Positions 1 to 8,762 of a DNA stretch of 64,000 nucleotides are shown here, piece by piece. The position numbers and the translations under genes were made by a program. Position 1 is the first letter of the stretch. Each line of letters begins with the position of its first letter. Origin of the DNA: Candidatus Omnitrophota bacterium. Lineage in GTDB: Bacteria; Omnitrophota; Gorgyraeia; Zapsychrales; Fredricksoniimonadaceae. The stretch spans positions 1,550-65,549 of the forward strand of contig JADFXX010000005.1 in assembly GCA_015233335.1 (NCBI GenBank). Reading direction: 5' to 3'. The notes under the pieces were generated by a model. It searched no databases. It was not told the origin of the DNA and saw only the letters and a list, made by a program, of their open reading frames with translations.

Positions 1-699
1 TTTGTCCTGCTTTTCAAAATATTTCTAAATGTGCATGTCTATCATTATGGATTTGCCCTAGCCATGCCCGGAGCACTTTTATTGGCGGGAGGCTTTGTGT
101 ATTACATCCCTCTCTTGGGAAGGGGCAAGTGGTATGCCCCAAGCGTTTGCAGACTTTTGGGCTTAGCACTCCTGATGGCCGGTATTATAGGCCATTTTAA
201 ATGGGCGAATTATTACTACAGCCGCAAGGACCATGCCGTGGGTCGAGGTTATGACACGATGTTGGCATGGAATCCGCATGTATTTTCAACACCATCCATG
301 ATGAGTTTCGCTATTGACTGGATCCAGAAGAACACAAGGAGCACAGATACAGTTGTTACAATTCCGGAAGGGGCCATGATCAATTTCTTATCCCGCAGAA
401 AAAATCCTATGCAGGACATCGAGTTTATGCCTAACATGAAAGAAGAAAAGATCATTGAGTCTTTTCAAAAGGTGCAGCCGAATTTTGTTGTTGTGGTCTT
501 CAGGGATATGTCTGAATACGGGGCTGCATTTTTCGGCAAAGATTACGGGACAAAAGTTGACCAATGGATCCAGGACCATTATAGTATGATTTTTTATATG
601 CAGGCACCCACTAAAGCAGGTTTAGAATTTGTCACCATATTAATGCGCGGTAAAAGACCTTCCTCCAGTTTTAAAGAAACTGAAGTTATTCTCCGGTAA
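1..699 (+). CDS. C-terminal part of a polytopic membrane protein, distant paralog of the GT-C-like pair at 4283-7715 (5' end lies outside the window)
   Basis: Frame 1 is open from base 1, with no stop before the listed GTG at 31. Stop TAA is at 697-699. A hydrophobic N-part is followed by a soluble tail ...SEYGAAFFGKDYGTKVDQWIQDHYSMI. This tail parallels GLGVFGKTYCPLIAQYIHDNFSPI and GLGFLGQTYCPLIGKYIQDNFIPI in the two paralogs. Confidence 0.6.
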   Translation, partial: FVLLFKIFLNVHVYHYGFALAMPGALLLAGGFVYYIPLLGRGKWYAPSVCRLLGLALLMAGIIGHFKWANYYYSRKDHAVGRGYDTMLAWNPHVFSTPSMMSFAIDWIQKNTRSTDTVVTIPEGAMINFLSRRKNPMQDIEFMPNMKEEKIIESFQKVQPNFVVVVFRDMSEYGAAFFGKDYGTKVDQWIQDHYSMIFYMQAPTKAGLEFVTILMRGKRPSSSFKETEVILR

Positions 700-707
700 T
701 ATTTTCC

Positions 708-1619
708 TCAATTCTTGATGAGCGGTCTTGGGGAAAACGATCTTCCTTTTTCTAAGAGGAGAGATTCATAGACTGTGTAGGGCAATAGAGCTAAGAACTG
801 GCGTTTCGTAGGGTTATGCAGGGCTTCCCGGATCATGGTTGAGGACGCCTCAAAGCTAAGAGCAGGTATAAAACTGACATTTAGCCGGGTCTTGATCAGA
901 ACATCAGAACCGCCTTTGCGTTTTGCAAATATCACCGAAACGGAATGGACAATTTTATTAAATACGCATAAGTTTTGTGCGATGTTCTCTTCTAGTTTTT
1001 GGATGGTATCAATTTCGTTTCCCTTAGGATTTAGACGGTAATAGTGATCCGTGCCCACGATATAAAATGTATCGGTTTTTTGGAAGGGATTTAGACTCAA
1101 AAGTCTAAAAATATTTGTTTCTCCATCGAACGTGTAGTTTCTAGTGATATCGGAGTAGGCTAACAAAGGGCTGAATTTGGACAGAACCCGTTCAGATATG
1201 TGGTGCCGCCATTGGCAGGGTGCTAATTGAGATTTTCTGGGGTCATCTCCGGCAATAATAAAAACAACCTTATCCAGTGAACAGTGGGCGATTGCCGAGA
1301 GCGCCACTAGCAAATGACCCCAGTGGATGGGGTTGGCGGAAATTGGATAAATACCTATTCTAAGAACTTTGTTGGTGAAATTTTTTGGGAAATCTGTTTC
1401 ATGGATAGCAAGGTCAAGAGAGGGAGAAATCTTTGAGGATGCTAAATGTTCCTTAATTTGTGCCAGTAACAGATCGCTTTCTTCTACAATTTTCAAAATC
1501 AAATTATCTTTTTCTTCGGATGGAAAAATGTCGATCATTTTGGCCGTTTCAAAACGGACATTTTTTTTGATAGTTTCGATGATTTTTTGCTCGGGTAGAT
1601 ACGGTTTGAGATTGAGCAT
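708..1619 (-). CDS. nadD: NadD-like nicotinate/nicotinamide-nucleotide adenylyltransferase with ~85-aa N-terminal extension
   Basis: Nucleotidyltransferase signature GIYPISANPIHWGHL (GxxxPxHxGH) and C-terminal ASSTMIREAL (the ISSTxIR motif of NadD). Convergent with the previous gene; only 8 nt separate the two stops. Confidence 0.6.
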   Translation of the reverse strand: MLNLKPYLPEQKIIETIKKNVRFETAKMIDIFPSEEKDNLILKIVEESDLLLAQIKEHLASSKISPSLDLAIHETDFPKNFTNKVLRIGIYPISANPIHWGHLLVALSAIAHCSLDKVVFIIAGDDPRKSQLAPCQWRHHISERVLSKFSPLLAYSDITRNYTFDGETNIFRLLSLNPFQKTDTFYIVGTDHYYRLNPKGNEIDTIQKLEENIAQNLCVFNKIVHSVSVIFAKRKGGSDVLIKTRLNVSFIPALSFEASSTMIREALHNPTKRQFLALLPYTVYESLLLEKGRSFSPRPLIKN

Positions 1620-1799
1620 ACGATCAATATAAACGAGGCAAGTAAGAATAGGATGATGGGAAAATTAAGTTTTATTTAAGGTTTTTCAGAACACCTTAAT
1701 CGTTATTTCACATATCCCTCATTTTGTATTTATATGAGTAGTTTATGCTGTACTTGTATAAATAACCCATTTAAACCTTAAACTATTTTTCTTGATCGA

Positions 1800-4286
1800 A
1801 TGCTACATAAATCCTTTTATCTCATACTGATAGCGATTTTTGCATGCACTTTGGTAACACCCGTTCCCCAAGCCAGCGCAGAGAGTCTTTTAAATCTGCC
1901 GGAACCGGGGATCATGGTAGATTTAAGTCCTGCCTATACTCCGGTCCTGATTAAAGGGCTCAAGGTCCACCCCGAAAATCCGTTTCTCTTTGATTTCATT
2001 ATAGATACGGGAAATGATATCTCGGATGTAACGCCATCTCTAGAAAAAGAATCCGAAAAGCTTGTTAAATATTTTCTGACGGCTATGACAGTGCCGGAAA
2101 AGGATTTATGGGTAAATTTGTCGCCGTATGAAAAAGACAGGATGATAGCTTCTAATTTATCCCAGACAGAAATGGGTCGTGATATGCTGGCGCAAGATTA
2201 TATCCTAAAACAACTGACAGCCTCTCTTATATATCCGGAAAAGAATTTGGGACGAACATTTTGGGATGAGATTTACAGCAAAGCCCGTCAGATGTATGGG
2301 GCAACAGAAATCCCTGTGAACACGTTTAATAAGGTATGGATCGTTGCGGACAAGGCAGATGTGTTTGAAGGGGATAATGTAGCATATGTGGTGGGGGCTC
2401 ACCTGAAGGTAATGCTGGAGGAAGATTATTTAGCATTGAAGGTGAAAGCATCCCAGGGGGAAAGCCCAGCCAACCAATTAGGTTCAAGCATCATCCGCGA
2501 AATTATTCTTCCTGCCATTGAAAAAGAAGTGAACCAAGGGAAGAATTTTGCTCCATTGCGACAGATGTTTTATTCGATGATACTTGCCAGCTGGTATAAG
2601 ATGGCGCTTAAGGACGCGATATTGACACAGGTTTATGGGGACCAGAGCAAGGTCAGGGTGGGGATCAACCAAGATGACCCTAAGGCCAATGAAGAGATAT
2701 TCAATCGTTATTTACGGGCGTATAAGAAAGGGGTATTTAATTATATCAAGGAAGATATTGACAAGATCAGCGGAGAAACGATTCCCAGGAAGTATTTTTC
2801 AGGGGGAGAAGCGATCTGGCAAAATATAAGGCCAAGGGTGGTTCATGCGGCTGACACTGCTATGTCAGGATTAAGAGATCATGCGGTCATCGCAACGGTG
2901 GATACTTTTCCCCGGGATGCGTCCATGAAGGCCCGAAAACATCAGAATTATTTAAAAACAGTGGTTTGGCAAAGCAAGACAGAAAATGATCAAGGGATAC
3001 CGGAAGTGCGTTACACCCGAGTGTCCACTTTGACCGTAGGCCCTGAGGAAGAAGAAGTTTTCTTAAAAGGGATATTAAAGAATAAAGATATTGTTCTTCT
3101 AACTAAAGAAACTGTCAGGGCGGCTCAAGACGGGAACACTAAAATTACACTCACAAGTGATAGGGGAATCATCCCTAAGAAATATTTGGGCCAAGAGGTT
3201 GTTCTTTCCGGTAATGTCGCTGAGGTACTTCCGGACTTCGAAGGCAGTGCTGAGGATTTGCCGCGCAAGCTTAGGGAGGCGCCTGAGGTTGCCATCAGGG
3301 TTAATGGAGTGTTTCGTGTGAGGGTCCATGACAGGGAGAAGGATCGTTATTTATATTTTTTAGTATTTAACAGAAAGGCCTTAGATCAGGGGAAATTTCG
3401 TCTTGTTAGTTTAGGGGGTGGTATCCGTTGGAAAAAAGGGGGCCTGGAATATTATAAAAAGAATGTGGACGGTCAGATGGATACGATAGAAGGGGAAGAC
3501 CCCCAAGATGTAAGGGTTAATATTCAAGGGAAAAATTTAGACAAGTTTTTTAAAAAGTTGAATGCAGGGGCGTTTGTTGAAGATAATGTCGATCACGAAC
3601 TAATAGATGAACTTAATGGGGAAAATGGTTTATTCCCAGAAGGTATTCCGAATCAATGGTTATCCGCAAAGGATGAAGCCATGTTGAATGGTTCACCAAA
3701 AGGGATAGATAAAGTGCATGATTTGATCACAGAAAAACAAATAACAAGGAAATATGCACAACAATATATTGAATCCCCAGACATAGCAGTTTCTGCAAGT
3801 CTTGACGGTCCCCGAGCTGCTAAATTAGTCGATGCCGTAAATGAGTTTAGAAGTAACGGTGAGCTGATTAGTTTAGTCTTTAAGGGGAGAGTTATAAATA
3901 TTAGTTCGACCCTTTTGCTTATTAGTTTAAGGGTGGCTCCAAATTCTATTGTGCGTGTAAGAATCGGTGGGGTTGGTGAGTTTGAGTCGCAACAAATAAT
4001 TAAAAAAGTGACGAAGGTGCTGACAGATCCTGCAATGATGGGTACACAAAATTCTCAAGAAAATCCGGGGGGGATTGATTTTAATTCCGAAAAAATGCAG
4101 ATGGACATTCAAAAAGAGAGATCGGGAGTGCAAATACACCCCGATCGTACGGTGTTCGATCGCATCAAGGCGGAAGGCTTTGAAGGACTTGAATTTAAAA
4201 TTGAGTCGATTGTGCCGATGACTAATTTGCCTCTACTGTTGGGGCTTAAGCCGCACCCCCAAGAGGGACAATTGGCCGGAGTTTAA
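1800..4286 (+). CDS. Secreted protein of unknown function (828 aa)
   Basis: Signal peptide MLHKSFYLILIAIFACTLVTPVPQASA/ES. I recognise no catalytic motif. Conserved-looking N-terminal block LPEPGIMVDLSPAYTPVLIKGLKVHPENPFLFDFIIDTG and C-terminal block NPGGIDFN...VPMTNLPLLLGL. Confidence 0.7.
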   Translation: MLHKSFYLILIAIFACTLVTPVPQASAESLLNLPEPGIMVDLSPAYTPVLIKGLKVHPENPFLFDFIIDTGNDISDVTPSLEKESEKLVKYFLTAMTVPEKDLWVNLSPYEKDRMIASNLSQTEMGRDMLAQDYILKQLTASLIYPEKNLGRTFWDEIYSKARQMYGATEIPVNTFNKVWIVADKADVFEGDNVAYVVGAHLKVMLEEDYLALKVKASQGESPANQLGSSIIREIILPAIEKEVNQGKNFAPLRQMFYSMILASWYKMALKDAILTQVYGDQSKVRVGINQDDPKANEEIFNRYLRAYKKGVFNYIKEDIDKISGETIPRKYFSGGEAIWQNIRPRVVHAADTAMSGLRDHAVIATVDTFPRDASMKARKHQNYLKTVVWQSKTENDQGIPEVRYTRVSTLTVGPEEEEVFLKGILKNKDIVLLTKETVRAAQDGNTKITLTSDRGIIPKKYLGQEVVLSGNVAEVLPDFEGSAEDLPRKLREAPEVAIRVNGVFRVRVHDREKDRYLYFLVFNRKALDQGKFRLVSLGGGIRWKKGGLEYYKKNVDGQMDTIEGEDPQDVRVNIQGKNLDKFFKKLNAGAFVEDNVDHELIDELNGENGLFPEGIPNQWLSAKDEAMLNGSPKGIDKVHDLITEKQITRKYAQQYIESPDIAVSASLDGPRAAKLVDAVNEFRSNGELISLVFKGRVINISSTLLLISLRVAPNSIVRVRIGGVGEFESQQIIKKVTKVLTDPAMMGTQNSQENPGGIDFNSEKMQMDIQKERSGVQIHPDRTVFDRIKAEGFEGLEFKIESIVPMTNLPLLLGLKPHPQEGQLAGV

Positions 4287-5944
4287 GGTTTTCTTTTAAA
4301 TATCATCACGCCGTGATTATTGGCCCAGCCGGGCGGCTGGGTCCAGTCTCCTCCCTGGCGGGCTATGGGGGAGAAGTTATCATGGATATATTGGGCGATC
4401 AGGGGGCAGTAAGTTTTACCGAATACGCCTAAGCCGGGTTCATTAGAAATGAAGCGGTTGGACATGATGACGTAACTTATTTTTTTGGTTTCCAGTTCTT
4501 TGATCACCTCAATTTCCTGCGAGCGCGGTATTTTGATATGATCAAAGTAGATCAACTGGCGTGTAGGACTTTCATGCCCGCTTAAATAGTAGTAGAGACA
4601 GTCGTAAGGCAGGGCAAAAAAATAGTCGTCTTTTTTGAGCGTGGTGTTCAAGAAATGGCTGACGGTATTGACGGTATCTGTCCATTGGGGTTCATTGTTG
4701 ACATAAACCCCGCCCCTTTCCATGTTTAAATAGTGCCCGGGATTCTTTTGGCTTTCAATCGATCCGATATGTGCCACAACCCCAAGAATCGCCAGTCCCC
4801 ATAAAAATATCAGGATCAATATACGTAAGAATTTAGGGGTAAATTTAAAAGCGAGGGATATCATCACAAAGTGAAATAAATCCAGAAAAGGCATAGACCA
4901 ATAGGTACGATACCAGATCCCGCTGACTAAAAATTCATTAAAATAGAGAACAAAAGAAAGCCCGAGTACCCCAAGTGTTAATAATATGTTTTGACGGTAT
5001 GTTTTCTCGAGTTTATTGGAAAGCAGCAGGTACAACCCAAAAAGCGTGCAACCGTGCAGAATAACACTGATGGTCATATTACTGGCGATCAGTACACACA
5101 GACCAATGAGCAGGGATTTGTGCAGGGCGATGTCAACGGACATAGCACTATGGACTAATGTCAGCCAATGCTGGGTCAAATAATAGGGGACGACCAAAAG
5201 CGGGGAGGCATGATAGGGCTGGTCATCACCGAAATAAGGCATGCATTGGCGGATGGCGTAAAGCGGCAGATCTTTGAGAAGTACCCAGTAAATAATACCC
5301 AGCCCCAAGGGTATAAAAAGAGCTGTTAGCCAATAAAATTTTTTCTTTTGCCCAAACGAAGAGTATTTTTTGAATCCGTCAATACAAAAAGTCGCAAGCC
5401 CAATGCCCGCTAAAGCCGCTAACCCGAAGTTAATTTTAATTAGTCCTAAAATAAAGCCCGTGATGATAGCGATCCATAAATAACGCATGGATCCCTTCAA
5501 GATATAGGATAAAAGACACCAGAGGATGATAAGCTCTGCGGTGATACCGCCGATGTGATTATATGTAAAGAAGAATTCCTGACGGGTTTCGGTAAACCAG
5601 GCAGCGGCCAGATACGCCAGGCCTGGCGACATGATGCACGTTGCGGATAAATAAAAAAAGGCAGAACATGCGATCACAAGCAAAGCCCGGCCTAAAAATA
5701 CGCTAGTCATATGCACCCCAAAAATCTTAAAGAACAGGCCGTAATAATACGGCATGAGAGGGCCGTAGACCCACCAGAAGTCTTTGTAAGGTAATTTTCC
5801 ATGAGTGACCGCATCAAAAGCGTATAGATCACGGCCGTGGTCTCCTTGAGACAGCAGGTCCTGAAAGTTCAGCTCAGGCCAGACAAAAATCCCAGCGGTC
5901 AGGATAGTTAAAAGGAGAAAAATGACTTTTGGAGTAAATTTCAT
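4283..5944 (-). CDS. Polytopic membrane protein, putative GT-C-fold (ArnT/PMT-like) glycosyltransferase, tandem paralog 1
   Basis: Many TM helices. First-loop block QGDHGRDLY...LPYKDFWWVYGPLMPYYYGLF resembles the acidic first periplasmic loop of GT39/GT83 enzymes. Soluble C-terminal domain. Start is either ATG at 5944 (MKFTPK) or TTG at 5950. The functional call is tentative. Confidence 0.55.
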   Translation of the reverse strand: MKFTPKVIFLLLTILTAGIFVWPELNFQDLLSQGDHGRDLYAFDAVTHGKLPYKDFWWVYGPLMPYYYGLFFKIFGVHMTSVFLGRALLVIACSAFFYLSATCIMSPGLAYLAAAWFTETRQEFFFTYNHIGGITAELIILWCLLSYILKGSMRYLWIAIITGFILGLIKINFGLAALAGIGLATFCIDGFKKYSSFGQKKKFYWLTALFIPLGLGIIYWVLLKDLPLYAIRQCMPYFGDDQPYHASPLLVVPYYLTQHWLTLVHSAMSVDIALHKSLLIGLCVLIASNMTISVILHGCTLFGLYLLLSNKLEKTYRQNILLTLGVLGLSFVLYFNEFLVSGIWYRTYWSMPFLDLFHFVMISLAFKFTPKFLRILILIFLWGLAILGVVAHIGSIESQKNPGHYLNMERGGVYVNNEPQWTDTVNTVSHFLNTTLKKDDYFFALPYDCLYYYLSGHESPTRQLIYFDHIKIPRSQEIEVIKELETKKISYVIMSNRFISNEPGLGVFGKTYCPLIAQYIHDNFSPIARQGGDWTQPPGWANNHGVMIFKRKP

Positions 5945-5978
5945 AAACAATATATTTTCACACTTTAGGGGAATGTAA

Positions 5979-6101
5979 GGATATGTTTTTTATAAGGCCT
6001 GCTACCCCACAGGCGCACAGGGGCTGCTTATAACTATAGCCCCGAAGCGCCGAGCTTGTGGGGATGGGGGTCATGCGTCCGGCCTTAGAAAGAATATATC
6101 C
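5979..6101 (-). repeat. Copy A of a ~122-nt TIR-bounded structured repeat (MITE/REP-like or intercistronic RNA element)
   Basis: Its reverse complement aligns with 15899-16020 with about nine substitutions/indels by hand alignment. Termini GGATATATTCTTTCTAAGGCC / GGCCTTATAAAAAACATATCC are inverted repeats. The arms are rich in C4-6/G4-6 runs and the core is AT-rich (TATAGTTATA). Confidence 0.85.
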
Positions 6102-7715
6102 TTATATTCCCTTACGCCTAAGAATCAGTGTCCCGTGATTCCACGCCCAGCCGGGCTCATTAGTCCAGTCCCCGAATTGGGCTATGGGAATGAAATTGTC
6201 TTGAATATATTTTCCGATCAGAGGGCAGTAGGTCTGCCCTAAAAATCCGAGTCCCAACTCCTGACGGACGTAAGCACGACTTGAGAGCACGACATAATTT
6301 ACGTGATTTCTTTCCAAATCGGCTATCACGGATTTTTCCTGTGCGGTCGGAATCTTGATATGTTCAAAAAAGATCAACTGGCGTGTAGGCGTTTTTTTAT
6401 CTGTCAGGAAATAATAGAGGCAGTCATAGGGAAGGGCAAAAAATAATTCATCCGGTTTTAGTGTTTTATTTAAGAAATCAGTAGTCTCCCTCACAGTGGC
6501 GATCCAGGCGGGGGAGTTGGTTAGGTAGATATCCCCTCGGGGGAGGTTTAAGTACTGGCCTTCTGTTTTTAAGGTATTTAAATGAGGCAGAACTGACCAC
6601 CAGGAGAATGCGATGAGAATGGCAATACAAAAGAAAATCATTCTGCGCATTATTTTATGAATGCTTTGGGCGGCTGTGTCAATGAGCACAAAAGAGATCA
6701 TCATACTCAAAGGTTGGGCCCAGAAAGCCCGGTACCAGACGCCGCTTTTAAGAAATTCATGAAAATTAAACACATAAAACAGGCAAAGCATGCCTAAGGA
6801 CAATCCCAAGGTGATTTTACGAGTGGGGGCCAATTTATTTTTCGCAAAGAGGTATAAACACCGCAGGCCGCTGGCATTGATCAAAACGGCAAAGGTAAGA
6901 TTCGGCCAGTTGGATGTCGCAGTACGAAAAGTTATTTTTAAAAAATTAATGATCGCAAGCCACGGACTTGTACTATACGGCTGATCTCCCTCCATATAAG
7001 GAAGGCATTGGCGTATTTCAGTTACCGACAGATTTTTTAAAAGAGACCAGTATATGCCATAGACTAAAAGAGGTAGGCCTATGAGGCCTAAAGCATAAAA
7101 GAGTTTTTTGGTCGTATTGAACGTAAGCTTGCGGACAAAATCGCATACCGCCACTGTTATGACACACATGGCAAGTGCGGCTAAGCCGAAATTGATCTTG
7201 ATGAGACACAACAGAAAGACAAGGGTAAGCGCACCCCATGCAAATTTAAGACGGAGGTTTTGAATATAAGATAACAGGCAAAAAACAATTCCCAAAATCA
7301 CGACTATGCCGCCTAAGTGATTATAAGTAAAGAAAAAGTCCTGGGCAAAAAGCATGAACCAACAGGCCGTCAGGAAAGCGGCGCTCAAGGAGCTTATTTC
7401 CGTCATGGCAAGACAAATGAGGACTCCACCTAGAATTTTGAGCAGCAGCTTCCCTAAGATAATGCTGCTGATGTGGATTCCGAAGATTTTATAAAATAAG
7501 CCATAATAATAGGGCATCAAGGGGCCGTAGACCCACCAGAAATCTTTGTAAGGGAGCTCTCCTCGATATACTGCCTGAGCGGCGTAAAGGTCTCTGCCAT
7601 GGTCGCCTTGAGAGAGGAATTCCTGAAAGCGGACATAGGGGGCACTGATGATAATTCCAGCCAATAGAACTGAAAGTAAAATTAAGCATTTGGCGTGTTG
7701 TTTAATGAAATGCAT
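6102..7715 (-). CDS. Polytopic membrane protein, putative GT-C-fold glycosyltransferase, tandem paralog 2
   Basis: 77 of 122 residues are identical to paralog 1 in an ungapped hand alignment of the N-terminal block (FQEFLSQGDHGRDLY...LLSYI). Same C-terminal domain (YCPLIGKYIQDNFIPIAQFGDW). Confidence 0.55.
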   Translation of the reverse strand: MHFIKQHAKCLILLSVLLAGIIISAPYVRFQEFLSQGDHGRDLYAAQAVYRGELPYKDFWWVYGPLMPYYYGLFYKIFGIHISSIILGKLLLKILGGVLICLAMTEISSLSAAFLTACWFMLFAQDFFFTYNHLGGIVVILGIVFCLLSYIQNLRLKFAWGALTLVFLLCLIKINFGLAALAMCVITVAVCDFVRKLTFNTTKKLFYALGLIGLPLLVYGIYWSLLKNLSVTEIRQCLPYMEGDQPYSTSPWLAIINFLKITFRTATSNWPNLTFAVLINASGLRCLYLFAKNKLAPTRKITLGLSLGMLCLFYVFNFHEFLKSGVWYRAFWAQPLSMMISFVLIDTAAQSIHKIMRRMIFFCIAILIAFSWWSVLPHLNTLKTEGQYLNLPRGDIYLTNSPAWIATVRETTDFLNKTLKPDELFFALPYDCLYYFLTDKKTPTRQLIFFEHIKIPTAQEKSVIADLERNHVNYVVLSSRAYVRQELGLGFLGQTYCPLIGKYIQDNFIPIAQFGDWTNEPGWAWNHGTLILRRKGI

Positions 7716-7760
7716 AACGGCATTTTAGAAGACCAGATGCAGATTGTAAAGGTATAACAA

Positions 7761-8762
7761 TTAATTGTCGGTAAGGGCGAACGGCTTCATGCGCAGGTTG
7801 CATTTTTTGAACAACAGGCGTCCGGCGCCTAAACAAAGCCCCAATAACCATGCGGTGTCCCTCATAGGCATGAAAAGAAAAAGTCCAAGCGCAGTTTTGT
7901 AGTTTTCATATCGGGCAATAAAATTCAAAAACGGAGCATTAACTATACCGTAGAGAGCCATCAGCAGGACAGGAAAGGCCCAGCATGCCGGATTGACCAA
8001 AATGAGCAACACGCTCAAATAAAAACCCGCCATGAGAAGTAAATTTCCGGCAATTTCATGGTTAGACCAGGTGGCTTTTCTTTTGAGAAAATCTTTTTGT
8101 GCCCATGCGATCGGCACCAGCCCGGCCATCCATTGGATGTGTTTCGCAAAATATTTATTTAAAGATGTATTAAAATAATGGGCCACCCCGTTATTTTTAT
8201 CCCATTTAATTTTATGTTTACGGCTAATAGCCAGACCCAAGGCGGTATCCTCTCCAAAAAAAGCCGGTAAAAAGCCGCCGGATTCGTCAAAGGCTTTTTT
8301 AGTGCATCCAAAATTGGCGCTGATACATATGTCGATAAAATCAGGCGTATTTCTTTGGCGAAAAAGGGTGTCATAGAATTGAAAAAGGGCAAAAGTTTCA
8401 CGGTTTTGAGACTTATGATAACCGGCACTGACCGCTGCCGTCCCGTCAGTTAGGCTTGAAATGATCCTGTTTAACCATTCCGGTTCCACCCGGCAATCAG
8501 CATCAGTAAAAACTAAAATACGGCCACTTGCCTCGCGGGCACCGGCATTGCGGCTGGCTCCGGGGCCGGCATTGGAGGGAAGTCTGATGATACGGCAATT
8601 TAAGTTTTTGAGTAACTCGCAGGAATCATCTGTGCTCACATCATCAACAACGATACATTCAAAATGAGGGTAGGAGCAGGCCAGAATACTTTTCACACAG
8701 GTTTGGATCGTATTCCGGGCGTTATGGCAGGGTACGATCACAGAGATTTTAGGGGTGCTCAT
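7761..8762 (-). CDS. Family 2 glycosyltransferase with C-terminal TM helices (GtrB/ArnC/CsbB-like polyprenyl-phosphate sugar synthase architecture)
   Basis: KISVIVPCHNARNTIQTCVKSILACSYPHFECIVVDDVSTDDS and the FTDADCRV (DxD) motif. Hydrophobic C-terminus (NLLLMAGFYLSVLLILV..., LFLFMPMRDTAWLLGLCLGAG). ATG at 8762 overlaps the upstream stop as ATGA; an alternative start is at 8777. Confidence 0.8.
   Translation of the reverse strand: MSTPKISVIVPCHNARNTIQTCVKSILACSYPHFECIVVDDVSTDDSCELLKNLNCRIIRLPSNAGPGASRNAGAREASGRILVFTDADCRVEPEWLNRIISSLTDGTAAVSAGYHKSQNRETFALFQFYDTLFRQRNTPDFIDICISANFGCTKKAFDESGGFLPAFFGEDTALGLAISRKHKIKWDKNNGVAHYFNTSLNKYFAKHIQWMAGLVPIAWAQKDFLKRKATWSNHEIAGNLLLMAGFYLSVLLILVNPACWAFPVLLMALYGIVNAPFLNFIARYENYKTALGLFLFMPMRDTAWLLGLCLGAGRLLFKKCNLRMKPFALTDN

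Noticed and set aside
5979-6101. Possible ~38-codon ORF on the minus strand starting inside repeat copy A (ATGACCCCCATCCCC...)
   Set aside because: The ATG is ACG in copy B, and the reading frame is broken by the indels between the copies. The repeat is therefore conserved at the nucleotide/structure level, not as a peptide.
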